Assembly: GCA_029248105.1 (NCBI GenBank)
Contig: JAQWJZ010000038.1
Coordinates: 11,265 to 75,264, forward strand
Direction: 5' to 3'
From: Flavobacteriales bacterium
Lineage (GTDB): Bacteria > Bacteroidota > Bacteroidia > Flavobacteriales > UBA7312
Length of the DNA: 64,000 nt
A program made the translations under genes and the position numbers. The notes beneath the pieces are model-generated. The model searched no databases and was not told the origin of the DNA. It saw only the letters and a list, made by a program, of their open reading frames with translations. This document shows positions 48,287 to 57,057 of this stretch, one piece after another (the stretch's first letter is position 1; every line of letters begins with the position of its first letter).

Positions 48287-49705
48287 GTGAACCTAAAAGA
48301 ACATATCCAAAACCCTATTTTTTCTATAGTATCTCAAGCCGCAGATGCCTTAGGATATGAAACTTATGTCATTGGCGGATTTGTGAGAGATATTATTCTT
48401 GAACGTGCACAACCAACAGATATTGATTTTGTGTGTGTAGGAAGTGGGATTGAATTAGCCAATAGAGTCAGTGAATTGTTAGGAAACGATACTAAAGTAC
48501 AAGTATTTAAAAACTTTGGAACTGCCATGCTACGCCATCAGGACCTGGAACTAGAGTTTGTGGGAGCTAGAAAAGAATCATATCGTTCCAATTCAAGGAA
48601 ACCAATAGTAGAAGATGGCACTTTAGAAGACGATCAAAATAGAAGAGACTTTACCATTAATGCCTTAGCTATAAGATTAAATAAGGAATATTTCGGTGAA
48701 CTTATTGACCCTTTCGATGGGTTAAAGGATATAGAAAAGAAAATTATAAGGACACCGTTAGAACCCAACATCACCTATTCCGATGACCCTCTCAGAATGA
48801 TGAGAGCCATTCGTTTTGCTAGCCAATTGAATTTTCAAATTGAAGACCAGTCCTTGCAGGCTATAAAAGAAAATGCTCTAAGGCTAGAAATCATATCGCA
48901 AGAACGTATAACGGAAGAATTGAATAAAATCATACTTTCTACTAAGCCTTCAATTGGATTTAAGCTACTATTCAATACCAATCTACTCCACCAATTTTTC
49001 CCTAAAATGGTTGAATTACAAGGCGTTGAAGTTATTGACAATAAAGGACACAAAGATAATTTTTATCATACCCTACAAGTGCTAGACAACATCAGTCAAA
49101 ACACCAATAACTTATGGTTGAGATGGGCTGCAATTCTTCATGACATAGCTAAACCTGACACAAAAAAGTTCGAAGAAAAACAAGGTTGGACATTTCACGG
49201 ACACGAATTTTTAGGCTCTAAAATGGTGCCAAAAATTTTCAAGCAACTCAAATTACCAATGAATGAAAAGATGAAATATGTCAAGAAGCTAGTAAAACTG
49301 CATTTGAGACCTATAGTTTTGGCACAAGAGATAGTTACCGATTCGGCCGTAAGACGATTATTATTTGATGCCGGTGAAGATATTGAGGATTTAATGACGC
49401 TTTGCGATGCTGATATCACATCAAAAAACCCTGAAAAAGTAAAACGCTATCTAAATAACTTTCAACTTGTAAGGAAGAAGATAAAAGATGTTGAAGAAAG
49501 AGATCATATCAGAAATATGCAGCCACCCATAAGTGGAGAAGAAATAATCAATATTTTTGATATTAAGCCAAGTAAAGAAATTGGGATATTAAAAACAGCA
49601 ATTAAAGAAGCCATTCTAGATGGGGTAATTGCAAATGAAAAAGATGAAGCTTATCAATTTTTGATAAAGAAAGCTGCTGAAATAGGTTTAAAACCAAAAA
49701 AATAA
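48287..49705 (+). CDS. cca: CCA-adding enzyme / poly(A) polymerase-family tRNA nucleotidyltransferase with HD domain
   Basis: 'GGFVRDIIL', 'DIDF', 'RRDFTINA', 'DPLRMMRAIRF', HD 'ILHDIAKP'. GTG start directly after the tsaC stop. Confidence 0.75.
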   Translation: MNLKEHIQNPIFSIVSQAADALGYETYVIGGFVRDIILERAQPTDIDFVCVGSGIELANRVSELLGNDTKVQVFKNFGTAMLRHQDLELEFVGARKESYRSNSRKPIVEDGTLEDDQNRRDFTINALAIRLNKEYFGELIDPFDGLKDIEKKIIRTPLEPNITYSDDPLRMMRAIRFASQLNFQIEDQSLQAIKENALRLEIISQERITEELNKIILSTKPSIGFKLLFNTNLLHQFFPKMVELQGVEVIDNKGHKDNFYHTLQVLDNISQNTNNLWLRWAAILHDIAKPDTKKFEEKQGWTFHGHEFLGSKMVPKIFKQLKLPMNEKMKYVKKLVKLHLRPIVLAQEIVTDSAVRRLLFDAGEDIEDLMTLCDADITSKNPEKVKRYLNNFQLVRKKIKDVEERDHIRNMQPPISGEEIINIFDIKPSKEIGILKTAIKEAILDGVIANEKDEAYQFLIKKAAEIGLKPKK

Positions 49706-49710
49706 AATTT

Positions 49711-50205
49711 ATGACTGTTAAATTAAATATTGTTCTTGACCACAACGATGATGTATTTAGAGAAATTCGTATTAACACCGACAATACTCTTGAAGACTTA
49801 CACAAAGTAATAGTGTCTTCTTTTGGGCTTAAACCTGAAGAGATGGCTGCTTTTTATTTAACAAATGAAGAATGGGAACAAGGGGAAGAGATTCCACTAA
49901 TCGCCATGGAGCCATCTTCAAGAGAAATGCAAAACATCAGTGTAAACGACATTTTCCAAAATACAGAAAAACTACTCTACGTTAATGATTTCCTAATTTT
50001 GTGGCGATTTATGATTGAAGTTGAAGAAATCGACGAGTTAAAGGAAGTTGAAGAAGCTGAAGTAGTACTATCATTTGGAAATATGCCAGAAGAAGCCCCA
50101 ATGGTTCAATTCATCTCTGATGAAGATAATTTGACAGAAGAAGAAGATATATTCGGTGACGCTTTAGACGAATTTAATGAATTCGAAAACTATGAAGGCT
50201 ACTAA
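49711..50205 (+). CDS. Hypothetical acidic protein, possibly PRiA4b-ORF3/MM3350-like fold
   Basis: 'FREIRINTDNTLEDLHKVIVSSFGL..EEMAAFYL' resembles the N-terminal pattern of the PRiA4_ORF3 family. The C-terminal third is very acidic (E/D-rich). Assignment is tentative. Confidence 0.4.
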   Translation: MTVKLNIVLDHNDDVFREIRINTDNTLEDLHKVIVSSFGLKPEEMAAFYLTNEEWEQGEEIPLIAMEPSSREMQNISVNDIFQNTEKLLYVNDFLILWRFMIEVEEIDELKEVEEAEVVLSFGNMPEEAPMVQFISDEDNLTEEEDIFGDALDEFNEFENYEGY

Positions 50206-51058
50206 GAAGAAGCTCTTAGTTATTTACGGCCCAACAGCTGTTGGTAAAACTAGCTTAGCGATAAAGTTAGCTCTTAAGTATAATACCGAAATTATTTCCG
50301 CTGACTCAAGGCAGTTTTACAAGGAAATGAAAATAGGCACTGCCGTTCCAGAACCACAAGAATTAGCTACGGTAAAACACCATTTTATTCAACACAAAAG
50401 TATTCACGAAAATTACAATGTAGGACTTTTCGAAAAAGACGCCATAATGAAGATTGATGAGCTCTTTAAAAAGCACAATACTTTAGTGATGGTTGGCGGA
50501 TCAGGATTATATATTGATGCTGTGTGTAAAGGATTAGACACATTTCCTGATATTCAAGAGTCGGTAAGAACAGAGCTTAGGGAACAATTTGAAAAGAGAG
50601 GTTTGCAATGGCTACAAAACGAAGTAAAGAATGTAGACCCTCAATTTTACGCTAGTGCAGACACCAATAATCATCAAAGGCTTTTAAGGTGTTTGGAAGT
50701 CTGTGTACAAAGCGGCAGTACATTTAGCAGCTTCAAAAATAGTGAGCAAAAAATAAGACCATTTGATATCGAATACTATTCCATTAGAATGGATAGAGAA
50801 AGTCTATACCAAAGAATAAACAACAGGGTGGATATAATGGTTGAAAAAGGGTTATTAAATGAAGTAAAAAGTCTTGCTGACTATCAAAATCTAAATGCTT
50901 TAAAAACGGTAGGATATATAGAGTTCTTTCAATATCTAAATGACGAAATCACTTTTGAACGAGCTATAGAACTTGTCAAACAAAACTCGAGAAGATACGC
51001 CAAAAGACAAATTACTTGGCTAAAACGATATTCTGTGAATTGGGTGGAAAATCAATAA
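50177..51058 (+). CDS. miaA: tRNA dimethylallyltransferase
   Basis: 'VIYGPTAVGKTSLA', 'ISADSRQFYKEMKIGTA', 'GGSGLY', 'YAKRQITW'. An alternative start at ATG 50192 is possible. Confidence 0.9.
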   Translation: MNSKTMKATKKKLLVIYGPTAVGKTSLAIKLALKYNTEIISADSRQFYKEMKIGTAVPEPQELATVKHHFIQHKSIHENYNVGLFEKDAIMKIDELFKKHNTLVMVGGSGLYIDAVCKGLDTFPDIQESVRTELREQFEKRGLQWLQNEVKNVDPQFYASADTNNHQRLLRCLEVCVQSGSTFSSFKNSEQKIRPFDIEYYSIRMDRESLYQRINNRVDIMVEKGLLNEVKSLADYQNLNALKTVGYIEFFQYLNDEITFERAIELVKQNSRRYAKRQITWLKRYSVNWVENQ

Positions 51059-52602
51059 AAAACAGATATCGAACCCTTAATATTATCGTGTCCATTTTTA
51101 AGAAGAATAGAGTAAAAATACACTCCCTCTTTTACTAAGTTACCTGCAGAATTTCTTCCATCCCAAGCTTGCTTATAACCTAAAGATTGATAAATCTTAG
51201 CACCCCATCTGTTGTAAATAATCACCTCAGAGTTTTCGTATAAAAATGAAGGGTTAAGCGCCCAAGTATCATTGACAAGATCGCCATTAGGACTGAAAGC
51301 ATTGAACAAACAGCTATCAAAAACAACAGGCACCTCAAATTCATCAATCAACTGGCAATCGTTATTATCGGTAATGGTAACACTATATTTCTGTGGGCTT
51401 AGCCCCGTTATATTCGATGTTGTCTCATTAGTATTCCAAAGGTATTCATAAGGAGAAGTACCACCCGTTACTGCTGTCTCTAAAGCAGAAAATTCACTAT
51501 CAAAACAATCAACTTCTTCAATAAGATTAGATTCAATTTCATCTATCACCAAGTCAAAACTAGAAGTACAATTGGATTTGTCTATGAGAGTACATGTATA
51601 TGATCCAGGACATAACCCTCCGTCATATACAGAATCTGTCTGACCATCTTGAATAGCGTTGTCTTTTGTCCAAGAATAGCTAAATGGTCTTACTCCACCA
51701 GATTCAACTATCATGGTAGACGTTTCTTGCTCTATAAAGCCGTCAATCATATCAATAGTAAAATCAACTGTGTCAGCACATAAAGAATTGGAAACAGCAT
51801 CGAATACAATAAGAGTATAATTTCCAGCACAAAGTGCATAAGCCACGCAAGAATCGTTAGTCGTCAGGGTGTCGTCATTCAAAACATAACTAATTGGAAG
51901 AACTCCACCTTGCGTACAAATACGAAAAGAATCTTCTTGTGCTGTTGAAATAATATTTATGGGATCAGGACCTTGAACAATTTCTATTGGATTGTCAGAT
52001 CCTAGGGTAAATACACAACCATAAGAATCTTGTAGAGAAACAGAATAGTAACCTGCAATCAAATCTTCAATAGTATAAGTTGTAACATTTTGGTTTTGAA
52101 AATAGATTGGATCGAATTCGCCAATTGCATCTACTTTTCCTAAGCTGTAGGGTGAAGCACCTCCACTAATTCCACTGATAAGGATATCGCCATACGTAAT
52201 ACAAGACTGTGGATTGTTGGTTGTATATTCAAAATTTAAGGGCAAAGGATTTACAAAAGAAAATGTGTCCGTAAACGTAATATTGTTTGACAAAGATATA
52301 ACGGTTAACTCATAAAAACCGGCATATATTAAGGAGTCTAAAGCTAAAATACCTGGCGACTGACTGTTTATAGATGTATAATTTCCTTGTTCTAAAATAA
52401 CACCATCTTTTTCGAGGGTTACGGAGTAAAAGGTATCAGCCGGAGTGGTATTTATTGTAAAATAGGTATACGAACCTTCACATTTAAAGGTATTAGTACT
52501 AGGGATTAGATTCTCTTGATCAAACGTTAGTACCATTGTATCTTGAGCAAACAAAAGCCCAAGTGGAAGTAGTGCTATTATAAATAAAAGGAGCTTTTTC
52601 AT
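51052..52602 (-). CDS. T9SS type B sorting domain (gliding-motility C-terminal domain) protein with SprB-like repeats
   Basis: C-terminus 'FNAFSPNGDLVNDTWAL...IYNRWGAKIYQS...WDGRN..G..VKEGVYFYSI'. Internal 'GGASPYSL', 'GGVRPFSYSW', 'GGTSPYEYLWN' repeats. Start set to MKKLLLF (52602). Confidence 0.8.
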   Translation of the reverse strand: MKKLLLFIIALLPLGLLFAQDTMVLTFDQENLIPSTNTFKCEGSYTYFTINTTPADTFYSVTLEKDGVILEQGNYTSINSQSPGILALDSLIYAGFYELTVISLSNNITFTDTFSFVNPLPLNFEYTTNNPQSCITYGDILISGISGGASPYSLGKVDAIGEFDPIYFQNQNVTTYTIEDLIAGYYSVSLQDSYGCVFTLGSDNPIEIVQGPDPINIISTAQEDSFRICTQGGVLPISYVLNDDTLTTNDSCVAYALCAGNYTLIVFDAVSNSLCADTVDFTIDMIDGFIEQETSTMIVESGGVRPFSYSWTKDNAIQDGQTDSVYDGGLCPGSYTCTLIDKSNCTSSFDLVIDEIESNLIEEVDCFDSEFSALETAVTGGTSPYEYLWNTNETTSNITGLSPQKYSVTITDNNDCQLIDEFEVPVVFDSCLFNAFSPNGDLVNDTWALNPSFLYENSEVIIYNRWGAKIYQSLGYKQAWDGRNSAGNLVKEGVYFYSILLKNGHDNIKGSISVFY

Positions 52603-52625
52603 ATTGGACAAAGATAGCATTTTTC

Positions 52626-53438
52626 TTATTGATAAGCTTTATGATAAAGAGTCAAAGCTGCTATCGGTTTTTCTAGAACAGAATTGACAGAAATTCCATA
52701 ACTCTCGCAACTTCTCTTCAATTCAGAATGAAAATAATAGGATATAGATCCACAGATAGAAATTTCCGTGATTTGGTATGGCAATAGACACACTTCTATC
52801 CATTCATCAAACGTTGCCTTTATAAGTGGTGCTATTTGCGGATGATTTCTATTTCTAAACATCATCTTAGCGAAGGATGCCAAATAACGATTGGGAAAAG
52901 AATGAGCATATAGCTGATTTAAAATTGAAGGTTTGTCTAGTCCTATTTTTAAATTCAAGTCATCATCAAGAGAATCACTTAGATAAGCCTTCAGCAAACG
53001 CTTACCTAAAGCATTACCACTACCCTCATCTCCAAGCAAATAACCCATACTTGTAGAAAAAGGCTCGACAATATCACCATTGTATTTGGCTACGTTAGAA
53101 CCCGTTCCTAATATACCTATTATACCATCATTATTTTGCAATAACGATCGAGCAGCAGCCAGCAGGTCTGAATGAACGCTTATATCTGCATTAGTAAAAA
53201 TCGATTTTAAGATTGATAGCATAAATTCGGATTTCTCCGAAGATGCACAACCTGCACCATAAAAATGAAGCTTCTTAACCGATGAATAGGGAATTTCTAA
53301 CTGACTGATCACATCAGTGATGATGGAATTATCCACGATATAGGGGTTCAATCCAATACACTGAAACTGAGAAATGCTATCGCCATCAAGCAAACGCCAT
53401 TCTGTTGTGCTACTACCGCTATCAGCAATCAGAATCAT
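52626..53438 (-). CDS. BadF/BadG/BcrA/BcrD-type ATPase (N-acetylglucosamine kinase-like)
   Basis: 'ILIADSGSSTTEWRL', 'GILGTGSN', 'GYLLGDEGSG' are ASKHA-fold sugar kinase motifs. Confidence 0.7.
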   Translation of the reverse strand: MILIADSGSSTTEWRLLDGDSISQFQCIGLNPYIVDNSIITDVISQLEIPYSSVKKLHFYGAGCASSEKSEFMLSILKSIFTNADISVHSDLLAAARSLLQNNDGIIGILGTGSNVAKYNGDIVEPFSTSMGYLLGDEGSGNALGKRLLKAYLSDSLDDDLNLKIGLDKPSILNQLYAHSFPNRYLASFAKMMFRNRNHPQIAPLIKATFDEWIEVCLLPYQITEISICGSISYYFHSELKRSCESYGISVNSVLEKPIAALTLYHKAYQ

Positions 53439-54357
53439 ATTCTCGTTTTACTACATACTTCTCTCCTTCAGTAGCTAATAATGTATCTGGAAAAACAGAT
53501 TGAGCTTCATCTAACAAAGGGTTTAAGTCAAAATACCGTTGGGAATAATGACCAATAATAAGTCGCCCAACTTGAGATTTTAATGCTATAGTTGCTGCTT
53601 CTTTAGCTGTGGAATGCATAGTTTGACGTGCTCTTACCTTTAATTCATCTAAAAAAGTAGCTTCGTGATAGAGCATATCTACACCTTTAATTTGTGGAAT
53701 GATTGCTTCATGATACGATGTATCGCTACAAAAAGCGAATGAGCGAGATAACTGAGCTCCTCGTGTTAATTCAAGGTGAGGTATAACAGTACCATCTGAA
53801 AGAGTATAATCTCCACCTGCTTTTATTTCAGGCACACGATCTAATGGAATATTGTATTCTTCTATTTTTTCTTTTCTCATTCTTCTAGGCTTATCTTTTT
53901 CTTTAAACAAAAACCCACAGCAAGGTAAAGAATGAGAAAGTGGGATAGTATGTACTGTCAAATCATTATTTTCCATCAAAAGTTCGGGTTCATCAAAACC
54001 AAATTCGTGAAAAAATAAAGGGAAACGCAACTCTGTTTTTGAGGCCGACAATTGAATGTAAATAATTTCTTTTAACTCAGCTGGAGCATAAATATTAAGT
54101 TCTTTTTCACGACCTAACAAATGCATAGTAGAAATAAAGCCTATCAGACCAAAGTAATGGTCGCCATGCAGGTGTGAAATGAAGATATGCTGAATGCTTT
54201 GCATTCTTAGTTTATACTTCCTCAATTGCAGCTGTGTTCCTTCACCACAATCGATTAAAAAAAACCGCTCAGCCACGTTCAGCAACTGAGCGGTAGGTTT
54301 TCTATGGTTTGTAGGGATAGCTGAATTACAGCCTAATATTGTTAATTCGAATGACAT
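53422..54357 (-). CDS. rnz: Ribonuclease Z
   Basis: Metallo-beta-lactamase 'FISHLHGDHYFGL', 'LIDCGEGTQ', 'HS..AKEAA', 'LIIGHYSQRY'. Confidence 0.85.
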   Translation of the reverse strand: MSFELTILGCNSAIPTNHRKPTAQLLNVAERFFLIDCGEGTQLQLRKYKLRMQSIQHIFISHLHGDHYFGLIGFISTMHLLGREKELNIYAPAELKEIIYIQLSASKTELRFPLFFHEFGFDEPELLMENNDLTVHTIPLSHSLPCCGFLFKEKDKPRRMRKEKIEEYNIPLDRVPEIKAGGDYTLSDGTVIPHLELTRGAQLSRSFAFCSDTSYHEAIIPQIKGVDMLYHEATFLDELKVRARQTMHSTAKEAATIALKSQVGRLIIGHYSQRYFDLNPLLDEAQSVFPDTLLATEGEKYVVKREYDSDC

Positions 54358-55181
54358 TAATTTTTATTGATTATCATTTTTTTAGTTATTAGCTCCTTAG
54401 TATTGCTAAGTGTGTAAAAATAAATTCCAGAAGACAAAGTTGCAGCGTCCACATCAATTTTGTTCGATCCATAGTTCGCTCTAACTACTCTATTCTCCTG
54501 TACTTCACCCAAAATATTGATAACAGTAAAGAGGAAATCTCCTTCAGTATCTGAGTTGAATTCTATTGAAGTTGTATATGAAAATGGATTGGGCGAATTC
54601 TGAGATACAGAAAATGCCAAATCGTTATTTTCCTCTACAGAAACAGCCTCTGATTGAACGATAAAATTATAACCTTCTATATTCTCGTAATCACCTAATT
54701 GATCATACAAAGAAACTGTTCCAAGTCCAGCAACACTTATCCAACCGTCAATAAGTAAATTCAAGTCATAATTATTCATTTCGTTTTGTCCTGGTGTACC
54801 AAATAGCGTAACACAAGCTAAAGCATTACCTTCAAAGACAGAGTCTGGATTAGAAAGATAAGTAGACATTACTGAAGGTAATCCATTAACATCAACTAAT
54901 TTAATACTATCAATAGACAAAGGTGCAATATTTACAGGGAAGCCAAAAACTTCTATTTCGTAAGGGTCACCCATGACCTCACCAACCGTAGCAGGTGTTT
55001 TGATTTGTATGTGTTGTTCATAATACGTATCTACTTGAGCAATAGCAAGATTTTGAATAGTGTCTGGCCATAAACCAAAAGTTGAGTCTTGTAAAGAAAC
55101 GTCAGGCACACACGGTTTGTTTTGTGCTAAAAGCGTAAAACTTGTAATAATAGCAATCGTAAAAAATAAAATTTTCTTCAT
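54357..55181 (-). CDS. Secreted protein with T9SS type A C-terminal sorting domain, function unknown
   Basis: Signal peptide 'ITSFTLLAQN'. C-terminus 'SQNSPNPFSYTTSIEF...VINILGEV...LSSGIYFYTL' is a Por CTD. The stop overlaps the rnz start by 1 nt. Confidence 0.7.
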   Translation of the reverse strand: MKKILFFTIAIITSFTLLAQNKPCVPDVSLQDSTFGLWPDTIQNLAIAQVDTYYEQHIQIKTPATVGEVMGDPYEIEVFGFPVNIAPLSIDSIKLVDVNGLPSVMSTYLSNPDSVFEGNALACVTLFGTPGQNEMNNYDLNLLIDGWISVAGLGTVSLYDQLGDYENIEGYNFIVQSEAVSVEENNDLAFSVSQNSPNPFSYTTSIEFNSDTEGDFLFTVINILGEVQENRVVRANYGSNKIDVDAATLSSGIYFYTLSNTKELITKKMIINKN

Positions 55182-55191
55182 AATAAAGGTG

Positions 55192-55506
55192 TTAAATATT
55201 AAGTGAACGTTCGATGTCTTCCAATTCTATAATGTCAAATGCTTCTTGAAGTGTTGGCACAACCAATAAATCATCGTGAAGACATGTATTAGAAATCATA
55301 ACAAACGAATTAGTATTGACTAGATTTTTACCAAATTTAGCAAACTTTGTTAAATAGGACTCGTTAACACCTAAAACTTCGCTTAAATCCAGTATAATGT
55401 GCTTGCAATCTTGATTATATAAGCGCTCTATAAAAGACAAATCCTCTGATGGCCTTGAGAGCTTAACAATCAGACAGCTATTCTGTATCGTCCAATTCTG
55501 TGACAT
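55192..55506 (-). CDS. Hypothetical 104-aa protein, STAS-like (anti-sigma antagonist fold?)
   Basis: Pattern 'CLIVKLS....HIILDLSEVLGVNESYLTKF....NSFVMIS...LLVVPTLQEAFDIIE' resembles STAS domains. There is no obvious phosphorylatable DSSG motif. Confidence 0.35.
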   Translation of the reverse strand: MSQNWTIQNSCLIVKLSRPSEDLSFIERLYNQDCKHIILDLSEVLGVNESYLTKFAKFGKNLVNTNSFVMISNTCLHDDLLVVPTLQEAFDIIELEDIERSLNI

Positions 55507-55507
55507 A

Positions 55508-56437
55508 TTATTTTTTAATGCTATTGGCTAATAAATATAAAACAGCCATTCGTATAGCGACACCATTTTCTACCTGATTAAGAATAATAGATTGTTTGGA
55601 GTCTGCTACATCGGAAGTTATTTCAACACCTCTATTGATAGGGCCTGGGTGCATAACGGTAATGTGCTTAGACAGTGAATCCAAACGCTCTTTGTTTAAA
55701 CCGTACATCATACTGTATTCTTTGAGCGAGGGGAAAAATTTGGTGTCTTGACGCTCTAACTGTATGCGAAGCATATTGGCTATATCGCACCACTCTAAAG
55801 CACTCATTAGATTAGCCTCGTAAGTAACTCCTAGCGATTCTATATATTTTGGCATAAGGGTTGAGGGGCCACAAACTTTCACTTCAGCACCCATCATTTT
55901 TAGACAGAAAATATTGGATAGTGCTACTCGTGAATGAAGGATATCTCCTACAATAACCACTTTTTTTCCTTTTACATCGCCATACTTTTCTCTTATAGAA
56001 TAGGCGTCTAAAAGAGCTTGTGTAGGGTGCTCGTGAGAACCGTCACCCGCATTGACGATAGGCACATCAATATGATTGGCTAAGAAAGTAGAAGCTCCTG
56101 CATCGGGGTGACGCATCACTATCATATCCACTTTCATTGCGAGTATATTATTAACGGTATCTATTAGTGTTTCTCCTTTTTTGACTGACGATGATGCGGC
56201 AGAAAAATTAAGCGTATCAGCCGATAGGCGTTTTTCAGCTAATTCAAACGATAAACGTGTACGTGTAGAGTTTTCAAAGAATAAGTTGGCAATGGTAATA
56301 TCTCTAAGTGATGGCACTTTTCTGATAGGTCGGTTGATTACTTCTTTGAAGTTATCTGCAGTTTTAAAAATAAGGTCTATATCTTCTTTTTGAAGATTCT
56401 TAATTCCTAAAAGATGTTTAACACTTAAAGTACTCAT
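55508..56437 (-). CDS. pyrB: Aspartate carbamoyltransferase catalytic subunit
   Basis: 'FFENSTRTRLSFE', 'HEHPTQALLD', 'HPGPINRG'. Confidence 0.95.
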   Translation of the reverse strand: MSTLSVKHLLGIKNLQKEDIDLIFKTADNFKEVINRPIRKVPSLRDITIANLFFENSTRTRLSFELAEKRLSADTLNFSAASSSVKKGETLIDTVNNILAMKVDMIVMRHPDAGASTFLANHIDVPIVNAGDGSHEHPTQALLDAYSIREKYGDVKGKKVVIVGDILHSRVALSNIFCLKMMGAEVKVCGPSTLMPKYIESLGVTYEANLMSALEWCDIANMLRIQLERQDTKFFPSLKEYSMMYGLNKERLDSLSKHITVMHPGPINRGVEITSDVADSKQSIILNQVENGVAIRMAVLYLLANSIKK

Positions 56438-56967
56438 TCACTTTTTAAAATTACACGTTCGTTATCTCCCCATTCAACAGATACCCTTTCATCGGCAACA
56501 ACATCTATGGTACAGCCCACATAATCGGGTTGGATAGGCACATGGCGACTCAAACGTCTGTCAATAAGCACTAATAGTTCAACGGATAATGGGCGACCAT
56601 AATCTAATAAGGCGTCTAATGACGCTCTGACAGAGCGTCCTGTATATAAAACATCGTCTATAACAACCACTTTCTTACCTTCCAAAGAAACATCTAATGA
56701 GGTACTACTGGCTATCAAAGGGTCTTCTCTCCTTCTAAAATCATCTCTGTAAAAGGTGATGTCTAGACTACCAACCTCGAGCTCAAAGTTAGAATCGATA
56801 GATTCTAAACAGGTTTTTATGCGCTGACAAAGGCGAACACCTCTAGGTTGTAGACCAATTAAAATAGTATTAGAAAAATCGTCGTGATTTTCAACCAACT
56901 GATGACATAATCGACTGATTATGATTTGAATTTGTTGGTGATCGAGTATGCTTTTGGGCTTGCTCAT
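56434..56967 (-). CDS. pyrR: Bifunctional pyr regulator / uracil phosphoribosyltransferase PyrR
   Basis: PRPP motif 'KKVVVIDDVLYTGRSVRA' and 'RPLSVELLVLIDR'. Start set to ATG 56967; the track uses TTG 56979. 4-nt overlap with pyrB. Confidence 0.85.
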   Translation of the reverse strand: MSKPKSILDHQQIQIIISRLCHQLVENHDDFSNTILIGLQPRGVRLCQRIKTCLESIDSNFELEVGSLDITFYRDDFRRREDPLIASSTSLDVSLEGKKVVVIDDVLYTGRSVRASLDALLDYGRPLSVELLVLIDRRLSRHVPIQPDYVGCTIDVVADERVSVEWGDNERVILKSE

Positions 56968-56976
56968 TTCAAAAAG

Positions 56977-56984
56977 CAAATATA
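56977..56984 (-). promoter_or_regulatory. -7 box (TATATTTG) 9 nt upstream of the pyrR ATG
   Basis: Minus strand reads 'tatatttg ctttttgaa ATG'. The track's TTG start is the TTG of this box. Confidence 0.5.
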
Positions 56985-57008
56985 AATTAATTATTCATTC
57001 TATAACAT

Positions 57009-57035
57009 AAAAAAAGACCCTATGAAAATAGGGCC
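57009..57035 (-). terminator. Rho-independent terminator after rpsA
   Basis: Minus strand reads 'ggCCCTATtttcATAGGGtcttttttt'. Confidence 0.6.
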
Positions 57036-57057
57036 TTTCTTAAATATAATTTGAAGA

